Positions 24,008-33,045 of a stretch of DNA of 35,827 nucleotides are shown piece after piece; positions within the stretch are counted from its first letter, which is position 1; each line of letters starts with the position of its first letter. The notes under the pieces are model-generated. The model searched no databases. It saw nothing but the letters and a program-made list of their open reading frames with translations, and had not been told where the DNA came from. Made by a program: the position numbers and the translations under genes. Source of the DNA: Verrucomicrobiota bacterium (GTDB lineage Bacteria > Chlamydiota > Chlamydiia > Chlamydiales > JAFEGQ01); assembly GCA_018239785.1 (NCBI GenBank), contig JAFEGQ010000062.1:1-35827 (forward strand), in the 5' to 3' direction.

Positions 24008-27000
24008 ATGAAATCCTTTCTTATTGCCTGTTTTCTCTTTATCTCTCTTTCGGCTAATCCAGAAACTTGTCCTATCTCTCCGATGACTGTGGCCATTGAG
24101 CCGATCGGGCTTATCCATGGGTGTGTCGATGTGGTTTCTGGAGCTTACATTGCTTCCACTGCAGAGGTAACTGTGAACTGTCACGAGCCGATTACCCTTT
24201 ACCGGCATCTCATCTCCTGCAGAGAGTCTAAGGATTCCTATTCCTTTTGGCAGATCGGGAAAGAGTATATCGATTTTAGCGCTCCAGCTCATGCTCGAGG
24301 AGAAACGAGCGGCTTTTTTCGTCTGATTGGGGAGAAAGGGGAAGTGGAGAATTTTATTTTGCTTCCTAACCAAAAAGGGTGGGGATTTCAAAATCGAGAT
24401 AAGCCTTTTGCTCTTAGATGTCAGTCTTTCTCCAGTAATACCTCCTACGGAGAGATGAGCGGTCGGACGCATCCCGGTAATTACATGCTCAACTATGGCC
24501 CCCCTCCTGTGATTAAAAAAGAAGTTGCAGCAGGCAATGTAAGTTTCAGCCGATTGGATCCTTCGAACTGGAGAGACGGCCGCTTTTGTCCACTGCCTTC
24601 AGCACCCATCGCTCAGTGTCGTTTCTTCTCTGATTACGGATCTTACTCCTTCACTCTTCAAACCGGCAGTGGAGAAGTGCGCATCTACACCCATGGGAGG
24701 CAGCCTTGGAGCGACTACAAGCATTGGAAAGACGGGGAGAATCGGGAGCCAAAACAGGAGACCTTCTTGCTCCGAGAGGTGCGTCGCCCTAATGGGAATC
24801 GGGTCTTTTACTTTTACGATGAGAAGGATCGGCTCATAGAGATCTGCTCTGTGAATCGCGCTCTCGACCAGACGTTTGGATGGATTCGGATTTCCCATTA
24901 TTCAGGGGGAGCAACGATCACGACAAGCGATGGGCAGGCCATCACCTATCGCACAAAAAAGATCAGCAGCAATTCGAAGAGCAAATATGTCCTTAGCGAA
25001 GTGCACGGGATGGGAGGGACTCGAGAGGACATTGGGTATCATGTGGCAAAACGAGCAAAAAATCCTTTTGCTATTACATCTCATTGCTTTGAGGGGAGTG
25101 GTTTGTGCGCCGAATATTACCCCGAAACAGAGGCTTGGAATGCTTGCCTGTTGAGCGGTAGGGTCAAGAAATTGGACGTTCACTTGAGGGGTCGCGGAGT
25201 TCGGAATCTTTATTCCTTTGCATATCAAGAAAATGGCCCTGGTTATTTTAATCAGACTTTTGTGACAGATGCTGAAGGAGGGGAAGTCGTTTACATGAAG
25301 GACTTGCGGCGCCTAATAAGGGTCACAAAACTCAACAAACAGCAACCCTTTTTTGTTCTCAATCAGGCATGGGGCGTGAACAATTTGTTGATCGCTCGCT
25401 CGATTGAAGGAAAAAGTTGTGTGGGTTCTCCTTTTGAGCCTTATGTTTCTCACCGTTTCAAGTATGATGACAGAAGAAATGTCACCGAAGAAGCGTTAAG
25501 CGGGCATCTCACTGGCAGAGGGCAGTGGGAGGGGTACCCCACCAACTACACCTACTCAGAAGATGGGTTTAACCTCCCCCTCTCTCAAACGACCGACTCT
25601 CAACGGATCATCAATAGCTATCGCCCTGGGACAGATCTCCTCATCAAGCGGCAAATCTATGAAGGAGATCAGCTCAAAGAGGAGATTTTCCTCGACTATG
25701 ACGATAACGCTGGCGTCATTTTAAAGACCCATCACATCGGCAGTGTCACCTTCCTTGAAGAGACAAAGCGTCGAGCAGATGGTATGCCCCTCGCAGTCAC
25801 CCAAAAGACCCCATCAAGTCAGCTCCACCGCACAATTTTCCATTATAACGAGCGCAATCAAGTCATCCAAACAGACCATTTCGACGCCCATGACGCCTAC
25901 CTTTACAGCCTTTTCACCGAGTTTGATGAACGCTCGCGCGTCATCTCCCAAACAGATCCTCTAGGGCGTAAGACCTATTTTACATTTGACCCTAGAAATA
26001 ACCCTCTCACGACCTACATAGAAGGGATTCCTACAGAGATCTGCTGTGAATATGATCCGATGAATTCTCTCGCCAAAAAGGTTCTGCGCGACCTTGTCAC
26101 TGGGGCAGAGCAAATTGAGCGCTATGAGCGGGACAAAATGGGGCGAGAAACCGCTCGGATCACCCCTTTGGGCGCAAAAATTACCTATCTGAGAGATGCT
26201 CACGGCCGCATCTTAGAAGAACAACAAGTCCCCCTTCGCACTCCTGAAGGGTGGAAAGCTCCCCTCATCATCCGAGAATATGACCCTCTCGACCGGGTCA
26301 TTAAAGAGATCGACCCTCAAGGAGGAGTCACCGAAGTTGACTATACGGCGCGCAACGAGTGGTGCCTCAAAAAACACCCCGATGGCACGCTTGAGAAGCG
26401 CTACTTCACCCTTGAAGGCCAGCTTGAAGAGGAGATTCACAAGGATGGCAGCTCAACGCGCTATACCAGAGATTACAAAGGGCGCATCCTCTCCTCTCAA
26501 CGATGTGACGGCGCAGGCCAAGTGCTCATCGAAGAGACCTTTATTTACGACGGAGATCTCCTCCTCCAACACACCGACCCCCGCGGCTTTACAGCGCACT
26601 ACTCCTACAATGAAGCAGGTCAGCTCCTCCAAATGCGCAAGGAAGATCAGCTCACCGAATATACTTACGATGCACAGGGGCGCAAAATCACAGAACTCTC
26701 TTGGTCGGATCCTCAGCACTACCTCCTCAAGCGCTTAGAATACGACCTTCTCGATTGGATCACTGCTGAGCAGCTGGAAGACGAAACTGGCAAGGTCTAT
26801 CAGCGCAATGAAACGATCTACGATTTAGCTGGCAATGTCATCAAGACATCTACTCTTCTCTCCTCCACAACCACCGACTACGATTCCTTTAGCAGACCTA
26901 TCCGGCAAGAGGATGCCCTTGGACAAGTCACCACGATCTCCTACGCAGAAGTGCCCTTTGAGGGGCAAACGGTTCGTTTGACCACCACTACAGATCCAGT

Positions 27001-29341
27001 GAGCCGGCAAACCCTCACCTACAAAGACGAGCAAGGGCATCTCTTGCACGAAGAGCAAAGAGATGCCCAAAATCATCTCCTCTCCCAAGTCGATTATTTT
27101 TACGATCTCAATGGCAACGAGGTCAAACAGGAGCACCAAGTCCTCTCTGAAGGCCAAATACTCCGCACTTACGCCTTTAGCAACACCTATGGCCCAGGCA
27201 ATTTACTCATTCAATCCACAGAAGGGCTGACGAGTGAATTACCCCGCATCACTCGCTATTTCTACGACTCTGCAAGCCGCCTCAACTGCACCATCAAGCC
27301 AGACGGAGCCCATCTCTACAGAACCTATGATGTCTTAGGCCGCCTTGCCTCTCATGAAGGACCCGATTTTTCGTACACTTACACCTATGACGCAGCCGAT
27401 AACCTCATCGCCGTCAACGACGTTTCTAGATCCTACGATTCCCACAACCGCCTTCTTTCTGAAACAACTCCCTCAGGCACTATTAGCTGCCAAAGAGATC
27501 GTTTAGGTAGACGCACCCACCTCTCCTACCTTGGCCAAGAGGTCAGCTACACCTATCGAGGGCCTTATCTCGCCACTGTTTCCTCTTCCCGCTTGACCCA
27601 CCGCTATCTCGAATATGACCTCGAAGGAAGACCCACCTTGGAGCAATTGCCAGGCAATTGCGGGTCGAGAAGGCGAGAATACGACCCTCTTGGCCGCCTC
27701 ACCCATCTCGACACCGACTATTTTGTCCAAGATCTCGCTTACGACGCCGCCTCAAACCTCACCGACCTCAAAACTCGCTCCTGCTATTTCAGCCGCTCCT
27801 CGATGAACTACGCCTGGGAAGAGAAAGAGGAGAAGTTTGTTTTCGACCCCCTCGACCAGCTCCTCTCAGAGCCTGATGCCACTTATGCGCACGACTCCAT
27901 CGGCAATCGCCTTGTCCACAATGACGATAGCTACAGTTACAACGGGCTCAACGAGCGTCTAGAAGATCCTTACGACCTCTGTGGCAGGCTTTTGCAAGTC
28001 GGCTCACATACCTGTTCCTTTGACAGCCTTGACAGACTCATTCATCTCGACGACAGTTATTTCAGTTACGATGCCTTCCACCGCCGAGAAGATTTGCTTT
28101 ATGACGAGCAGATGGAGTTAGGAGACGCCAAAAACTTCCGCATCCTCGGAAGGGCCCCCTCTCGAGATATCGGAGCGATGGTCCTCGCCATGCTCGATGG
28201 CCTCACCTTTATTCCCATCATGGACCACTTGGGTTCCGTAGTGGCTCTTGTTCTCCCCGATGGTCGCCTTTGTGAAAGGCGCCTCTACTCTGCCTTTGGG
28301 ATCCCTTCAGAGGAGAGCTTTTACCAAAATCCTTGGGGCTTTTGCTCGAAGCGAGCAGAAGGGGAGCTTCTCTTCTTTGGCCGCAGATACTATCACCCCC
28401 CTTCTGGAAGATGGATCAGCCCCGATCCAGCAGGACATGCCGATGGGCCTAATCTCTACGCCTATTGCCACAATAACCCCCTCGGAGAGATCGATCCCAC
28501 GGGTTTATATTCCCTAGTTGACAGAGAGCGCTACTACAGGTCGCAGCCAAATTATTACTTCGATCGCAAACCGGATATCAAAGCTGCACCAAAGTCTGGA
28601 TGGTTAAAGTCCACCTACCAGACCGCAAAAACTCACTTTTTCAGCACTCTTGCTAATCCTCGTGTGCAAGGGGGACTGCAAGCTTGCGTAGGGCTTTCCG
28701 AAATGTTTGCAGGCGGCGCAACGACTTTTGGGAGTTATGGGGTGGCAGCTCCATTAGGATGGCTGGCCGTAGGGCATGGGGCTGATCAATTCACGACAGG
28801 GATGAGGCGCATCTTCAATAACCGCCATCAATTCACTGCTACTGAACATCTGCTCCATAAAACGGGCATGTCTTCAGGCGCAGCAGCTTTTACTAACGGT
28901 ATGCTAAGCTTTACGACGCCTACGGCTGCTCTGAGCATTGCTCGTAGCGCGAGGTATGGCGAACAGACCGTTACGAGACTTTTGTCTCATAGGAGTTCGG
29001 CAGTAGCAGAAGCTGAGGGATGGGTGCTTCCTGCAAATGGAGGAGGCTCTTGGATTAATGGCCGATGGTACACTGAGCATGCATTGGAGCGTATGGCGCC
29101 CAGAACACCAGAAGTGATGGCTAAATTGGAAGTGCGCAGCTTAGCAAGAGCACGTGCTCAAGGTATTTTACCCAGGACAGAAGCATATGGGGACTGGTTG
29201 GCAAAAGGCAACGGCCCTGCTCCTCGAGGGATACCGCCATTAGTTGTTGAAGCTGAAATCGCTCATCCTAGTTCCACTAGTGTGCGTGTATTTTTAAGTC
29301 AAAAAGGGGATGTGATCACCGTTATTCCTGGAGGGCAATGA
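24008..29341 (+). CDS. Rhs/YD-repeat polymorphic toxin with Sec signal peptide and variable C-terminal toxin domain
   Basis: 1777 aa. It has a signal peptide (MKSFLIACFLFISLSANPETC) and a DUF6531-like N-terminal motif (GCVDVVSGAYIASTAEVTV..EPITLYRHL). Dozens of YD repeats follow (YDPLDRVIKEIDPQGGVTEVDY, YTYDAQGRKITE, FDERSRVISQTDPLGRKTYFTFD). The Rhs core ends in GRRYYHPPSGRWISPDPAGHADGPNLYAYCHNNPLGEIDPTGL, with DPTGL at residues 1496-1500 (nt 28493-28507). A 277-aa tail comes after it. Confidence 0.92.
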   Translation: MKSFLIACFLFISLSANPETCPISPMTVAIEPIGLIHGCVDVVSGAYIASTAEVTVNCHEPITLYRHLISCRESKDSYSFWQIGKEYIDFSAPAHARGETSGFFRLIGEKGEVENFILLPNQKGWGFQNRDKPFALRCQSFSSNTSYGEMSGRTHPGNYMLNYGPPPVIKKEVAAGNVSFSRLDPSNWRDGRFCPLPSAPIAQCRFFSDYGSYSFTLQTGSGEVRIYTHGRQPWSDYKHWKDGENREPKQETFLLREVRRPNGNRVFYFYDEKDRLIEICSVNRALDQTFGWIRISHYSGGATITTSDGQAITYRTKKISSNSKSKYVLSEVHGMGGTREDIGYHVAKRAKNPFAITSHCFEGSGLCAEYYPETEAWNACLLSGRVKKLDVHLRGRGVRNLYSFAYQENGPGYFNQTFVTDAEGGEVVYMKDLRRLIRVTKLNKQQPFFVLNQAWGVNNLLIARSIEGKSCVGSPFEPYVSHRFKYDDRRNVTEEALSGHLTGRGQWEGYPTNYTYSEDGFNLPLSQTTDSQRIINSYRPGTDLLIKRQIYEGDQLKEEIFLDYDDNAGVILKTHHIGSVTFLEETKRRADGMPLAVTQKTPSSQLHRTIFHYNERNQVIQTDHFDAHDAYLYSLFTEFDERSRVISQTDPLGRKTYFTFDPRNNPLTTYIEGIPTEICCEYDPMNSLAKKVLRDLVTGAEQIERYERDKMGRETARITPLGAKITYLRDAHGRILEEQQVPLRTPEGWKAPLIIREYDPLDRVIKEIDPQGGVTEVDYTARNEWCLKKHPDGTLEKRYFTLEGQLEEEIHKDGSSTRYTRDYKGRILSSQRCDGAGQVLIEETFIYDGDLLLQHTDPRGFTAHYSYNEAGQLLQMRKEDQLTEYTYDAQGRKITELSWSDPQHYLLKRLEYDLLDWITAEQLEDETGKVYQRNETIYDLAGNVIKTSTLLSSTTTDYDSFSRPIRQEDALGQVTTISYAEVPFEGQTVRLTTTTDPVSRQTLTYKDEQGHLLHEEQRDAQNHLLSQVDYFYDLNGNEVKQEHQVLSEGQILRTYAFSNTYGPGNLLIQSTEGLTSELPRITRYFYDSASRLNCTIKPDGAHLYRTYDVLGRLASHEGPDFSYTYTYDAADNLIAVNDVSRSYDSHNRLLSETTPSGTISCQRDRLGRRTHLSYLGQEVSYTYRGPYLATVSSSRLTHRYLEYDLEGRPTLEQLPGNCGSRRREYDPLGRLTHLDTDYFVQDLAYDAASNLTDLKTRSCYFSRSSMNYAWEEKEEKFVFDPLDQLLSEPDATYAHDSIGNRLVHNDDSYSYNGLNERLEDPYDLCGRLLQVGSHTCSFDSLDRLIHLDDSYFSYDAFHRREDLLYDEQMELGDAKNFRILGRAPSRDIGAMVLAMLDGLTFIPIMDHLGSVVALVLPDGRLCERRLYSAFGIPSEESFYQNPWGFCSKRAEGELLFFGRRYYHPPSGRWISPDPAGHADGPNLYAYCHNNPLGEIDPTGLYSLVDRERYYRSQPNYYFDRKPDIKAAPKSGWLKSTYQTAKTHFFSTLANPRVQGGLQACVGLSEMFAGGATTFGSYGVAAPLGWLAVGHGADQFTTGMRRIFNNRHQFTATEHLLHKTGMSSGAAAFTNGMLSFTTPTAALSIARSARYGEQTVTRLLSHRSSAVAEAEGWVLPANGGGSWINGRWYTEHALERMAPRTPEVMAKLEVRSLARARAQGILPRTEAYGDWLAKGNGPAPRGIPPLVVEAEIAHPSSTSVRVFLSQKGDVITVIPGGQ

Positions 29342-29661
29342 AGGTAGATATTATGGAAATGACTTCATTTTTTGATGAATTAGATCCTTATAATGATGAT
29401 GAAAAAAAAGTTTATGGATTTAGATCTTTTCGCAGTGATTATTTAACTATAAAACTTGGAATTTCTGTTTATGAATCTAAAGTTGCTATTAGCATTTATA
29501 AAGATCTTAAAATATCACTTGCAAGTTTTTATCTTAACGGATGCTTAGAAATAAATGTTTTAGATGAGGCGTGCAAATGCTTAGAAATTATCCACGAAAT
29601 TAAAAATGAAAGATGCATCCTCTCTCTTTATGGGAGTCCAATTCTACAGTATCAAGATTAG
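29338..29661 (+). CDS. candidate cognate immunity protein (paralog 1)
   Basis: 107 aa. The ATGA start/stop overlaps the Rhs gene. It is strongly AT-rich and is a paralog of the 30672..30998 product. Confidence 0.6.
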   Translation: MKVDIMEMTSFFDELDPYNDDEKKVYGFRSFRSDYLTIKLGISVYESKVAISIYKDLKISLASFYLNGCLEINVLDEACKCLEIIHEIKNERCILSLYGSPILQYQD

Positions 29662-29676
29662 GTAATCTTATTAAAA

Positions 29677-30672
29677 ATGAAAAAAATAGTATATTTCGAT
29701 CCTTCTGCTAAAAAAATGAAAAGCAGAATCTATGGCACTACAGCAATCATTTTATTTTTAGCGATGTTGCTGATAGATGTTGCAAATGCTCGAGGTGACA
29801 CTCGCCATCAGGCGGGGGCGTTATTAATAGAAAACATCTATTTACTTGTGCCCTGGTGCTTGGCTTATTTGCTCGTTGCGCGCTATAGAATTTTTCTGAA
29901 AAAGTTTATCCCAATTTATCTATGCTTAGCACTTTTAGTAGCCGCTGCTTCGCAATTTGTTCAGAATGAAAACATACGCATAAATCAAAAAAAGAGATTT
30001 AACGCTGAAGCTGTAAAGATAATGCAGTATTCACTTAATGGACAAATGGCTGATCCAACCGTTCAATTGCCTACGAGTTATTCATCTGAACAATATGGAA
30101 AGGAAGCTAAAGCTTTAAATCATTTGAAGGAAATGGCCGAGCTTTCTCAACAAGAATGGATATTCGTTGCTCAAACTTTTAATGCAATGCATTTAGATCA
30201 GATTTTTTCCGAGAATTTCATTTTCAACTTGTCGGAGATCATTAAGAAAAAGAGAGAGGTTCAAGGATTTCTTAAATTTCTCGATGAAAGTGAAAAAAGG
30301 ATGAGGAAGATCCACTTCCATTGGATTCGAAAAACCCTGTCCTCTATGAGAGTTGAAAATCCTCTAACAACTGATGTAGAGGCAATTTATTCTAAGAGTG
30401 TTCAAGAGCATGGGATTTCTTTTGAAAAAACATTGAATATGTGGAGAAGATTTGCCCAAGAGCATCTGGGTCTTCTCAATGCCCTAGCGGATGCTTATGG
30501 AAGTTATGAAATAGATGAAAATAATGATTTGGTTTTTCTTGATTTTGAAGACGAGCTCAATTGTAACTTGCATCTAAAATATATAAGAAAAATTAGGCAG
30601 GAATCTCAAGATTCTGAGCTGTTAGCCCAACAGTACATCTCAAGTCTACAACAAAATGGCACCGGAGGCTAA
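29677..30672 (+). CDS. hypothetical 3-TM membrane protein with helical C-terminal domain
   Basis: 331 aa from an AT-rich gene. It has three N-terminal hydrophobic helices (AIILFLAMLLIDVANA, IYLLVPWCLAYLLVA, IPIYLCLALLVAAASQFV) followed by a ~220-aa charged, helical region. I recognise no family. Confidence 0.5.
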   Translation: MKKIVYFDPSAKKMKSRIYGTTAIILFLAMLLIDVANARGDTRHQAGALLIENIYLLVPWCLAYLLVARYRIFLKKFIPIYLCLALLVAAASQFVQNENIRINQKKRFNAEAVKIMQYSLNGQMADPTVQLPTSYSSEQYGKEAKALNHLKEMAELSQQEWIFVAQTFNAMHLDQIFSENFIFNLSEIIKKKREVQGFLKFLDESEKRMRKIHFHWIRKTLSSMRVENPLTTDVEAIYSKSVQEHGISFEKTLNMWRRFAQEHLGLLNALADAYGSYEIDENNDLVFLDFEDELNCNLHLKYIRKIRQESQDSELLAQQYISSLQQNGTGG

Positions 30673-30998
30673 TGAACGTTGATATTACGGCGCTTCTCAT
30701 TGTTTTTGATGAGCTGTTGTCATCGACCACTGAGGAGCAAGGAATCTACGCGTTTAGAACACGCAGAGAAGATGGAATTGCTGTTATTTTATCCTTTTCT
30801 ATTCACGAAGGTTCCGTGGATGTTGTTGTTCAAAACAACTCAGGGATCGACATTTCTGTGTTTAAATTAAAAGATTGCTCTGAGATTAATGTCTTAGATG
30901 AAGAGCGCAAGTGCTTGGAAATTTTGCGCAGAGATGGAAAAGGGCGGTGTTTTATCTCGTTAATCGGAGATAGCATCGTGAACTATACAAAAGAGTGA
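30672..30998 (+). CDS. candidate immunity protein (paralog 2)
   Basis: 108 aa. The TAATG start/stop overlaps the 331-aa ORF. A gapless alignment to paralog 1 gives about 41 identical positions out of 107 by my hand count (M.VDI...FDEL...Y.FR...C.EINVLDE..KCLEI...RC..SL.G..I..Y). Confidence 0.6.
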   Translation: MNVDITALLIVFDELLSSTTEEQGIYAFRTRREDGIAVILSFSIHEGSVDVVVQNNSGIDISVFKLKDCSEINVLDEERKCLEILRRDGKGRCFISLIGDSIVNYTKE

Positions 30999-31100
30999 AA
31001 CAGCCTTGTTCAAATCGCGCGGCGCCGCTTGACCCAAGTTCAGGGGTTTTCCTAGAGAGAATCGGTCGAACTTTGAGTGATTCGACACTACGGGTTGAAA

Positions 31101-33045
31101 TCAGACTATAATTTTTTTAGCTTTTGAGATCTGTGGTGAGATCCCAATAGCCTTGTAAATCTCCTTTTGAGACTCTTCGGCTTGCGTTGTACTGCGGTGA
31201 TAAAGGACTTGCCCCTGCTCTAATTTGGCGCACATTGTGATGCGCATGCGGCGCCAGAGGCGATTGCGGAGGGTAGGCCAGTGGTGGAAGAGGTTGCCGC
31301 GGTGACACTGGTACAGGCATGCTTGGATGAGTTGGTAGGCCAAAAGGGTGATCCAAAGGTGTCCGTCAAGGCGTTCTTTTTTCTCATGAAAGATGGGGCG
31401 CAATCCCAAGGAGGACTTCATAAAGCGGAAGGCATCTTCGACTTTCGCAAGGGAGCGATAGATTTCCCAGAGCTTTTGCAGAGGTTCGTTGAGGAGGTTC
31501 GTACGGAGAAAGTAGGAGCCGTTAAGTTTGGCTTCGAGTTTTTCTGGGAGGGGTTGCCATTCGATGGCTGTGGCGATTTGCCCATCTGTTGAGTGGACAT
31601 GGACCTCATAACATCCTGAAATGCGTTTGTGCTTTTCCTTTAACCTTCCGACTCTTTCTAAGATTTTTCCGAGCTTCTTGCGGCAATTGGGGCGAGTGAG
31701 TCCTTCTGCTAATTTTTGTAGATCGGCTTCGAATCTGGTGCAAAAGAGGGTTTTTATCTGCCCGGCAACGGCCTCCTTGTCGGGAGATTCGCAGTAAAGC
31801 CACCTCTCCTCGGAGTCTGTGGTTTTGACCAGAGCTCCTTTGACGTGAGAGTCCCCGAGGAGGACCGGAGGGGCTTCGAGTTCTTCGGAGGGGGGATCTT
31901 GCCTGGCAACAACGATGTAATGGAAATGGTTATCCCTCAACCACGTGAGGTTCTCCTCTGTTGCAATGCCGGCGTCCATGACAATGGTGGGTTTGAAAAG
32001 ATTGCCAGGGACGTTGAGGGCTGCTATCGCCTCTTGCAGGGTTTTTGGCTCAGAGATGTTGCCTGGCAAAAATGAAGAGTGTTGTGTAAATCCGTGCTCA
32101 TTCACGACAAGGCGCAGAGTGATGAGGGGGCAGTCTGAGCGCTTTTCTTTGGACCCGCCCCTTTTTGCATTGGGATTAGCAGTGGCTCGCCCTTCCATAT
32201 AGGTATTAACCTGAGTTTTGGGTTGTCTTCCTCGCAGTCAGAGGGATTTCGCGTCGAAAATCTCACAATTTTTCCCGAAGCCCCTGAATGTGAGGGAGAA
32301 AAACCCAAAACTCAGGTTATTAGATAGGTCATAGAGAATGAGGGTGCTTCGATAGCCGTGGAGGGTCTGCTGGGCCTCTACGAAATGCTTTTCGAGCTCT
32401 TCTTTGTGCTTCAACAGTTTGTCGCTGATCGCGTAGAGATGGTCTAGAGTGGTATTGGCAAAATCGAAGTTAAGCAACTCTCCTAAAGCGCTGGTCTGGA
32501 GAAGCCAATCATAAGTCGCTCGTTCGCTAGATGGGAAGATGGCCCTTCCCAAGATGGACCCTAGGCTCAGGGCGATTTCCTTCTCAGAGAAGCCGAGTCC
32601 TTTGAGAGTTTTTGGCAATTGGAGCTCAGAGGCGAAGTGCAAGAGGAGGTGCTCAGCGCCGACTGTTCTGGGCTCTTGGGTCTCGACGCTTTGTAGGTCA
32701 ATGGTTGCGTAGTCAGGCTCTTGGGGGACTTCTTTTTCCCCAACGCGGTTGAGCAGTCGATGGGTCAGCTCCTGAGTGTATCTGTGAGCTAGGCGCTCTA
32801 TTTCTTCAGGACAAGGGAAAAGAGAAAGAGTTCCGTTAAAGATCTCTTCGATTCTGTTGGCAAGGAGCTTGAGCTCTTCTTTTTTTAGGTCGAGGTCTGC
32901 ATCCAGAGAGAGGAGAATCCTCTGCCTTGCTTCTTTTCTGTGAGCACCGGTTCGACGAGCTGGTAAGAGAAGTAGTCTTTTTGCGTTTTCCGCTCTGTTT
33001 TTCTAGTTTTTCTAATGAATATGGGTCCAATGATAGAGGGTTGGC
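31101..33045 (-). pseudogene. IS1634-family (IS4-like) DDE transposase gene, decayed
   Basis: The C-terminal part 31101..32198 carries (TY)MEGRATANPNAKRGGSKEKRSDCPL, IVMDAGIATEENL and RPIFHEKKERLDGHLWITLLAYQL. The middle part 32238..~33000 carries ...VGAEHLL...STLILYDLSN and is separated from the C-terminal part by the 111-bp insertion. The N-terminal ~60 codons are spread over three frames (LEKLEKQSGKRKK / DYFSYQLVEPVLTEKKQGR / QRILLSLDADLDLKKEE), which implies at least two frameshifts. Element ends were not identified. Confidence 0.75.
32208..32318. mobile_element. 111-bp MITE-like insertion inside the IS1634-family transposase gene
   Basis: It has perfect 17-bp terminal inverted repeats, AACCTGAGTTTTGGGTT (32208-32224) and AACCCAAAACTCAGGTT (32302-32318), with further imperfect pairing to ~29 bp. 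It is flanked by direct ATT copies at 32205-32207 and 32319-32321. Removing the element plus one ATT (114 nt) fuses ...LILYDLSN to TYMEGRATANP... in frame, which restores the conserved LYDxxNTYxEG region. Confidence 0.8.

Noticed and set aside
31021-31050. Possible similarity between the MITE TIR (AACCTGAGTTTTGGGTT) and sequences flanking the IS1634-family gene (31031-31050, 33222-33236), which would make the MITE a derivative of that IS
   Set aside because: Only about 10 of 16 positions match and gaps are needed. This is too weak by eye and needs a real alignment against intact IS copies.
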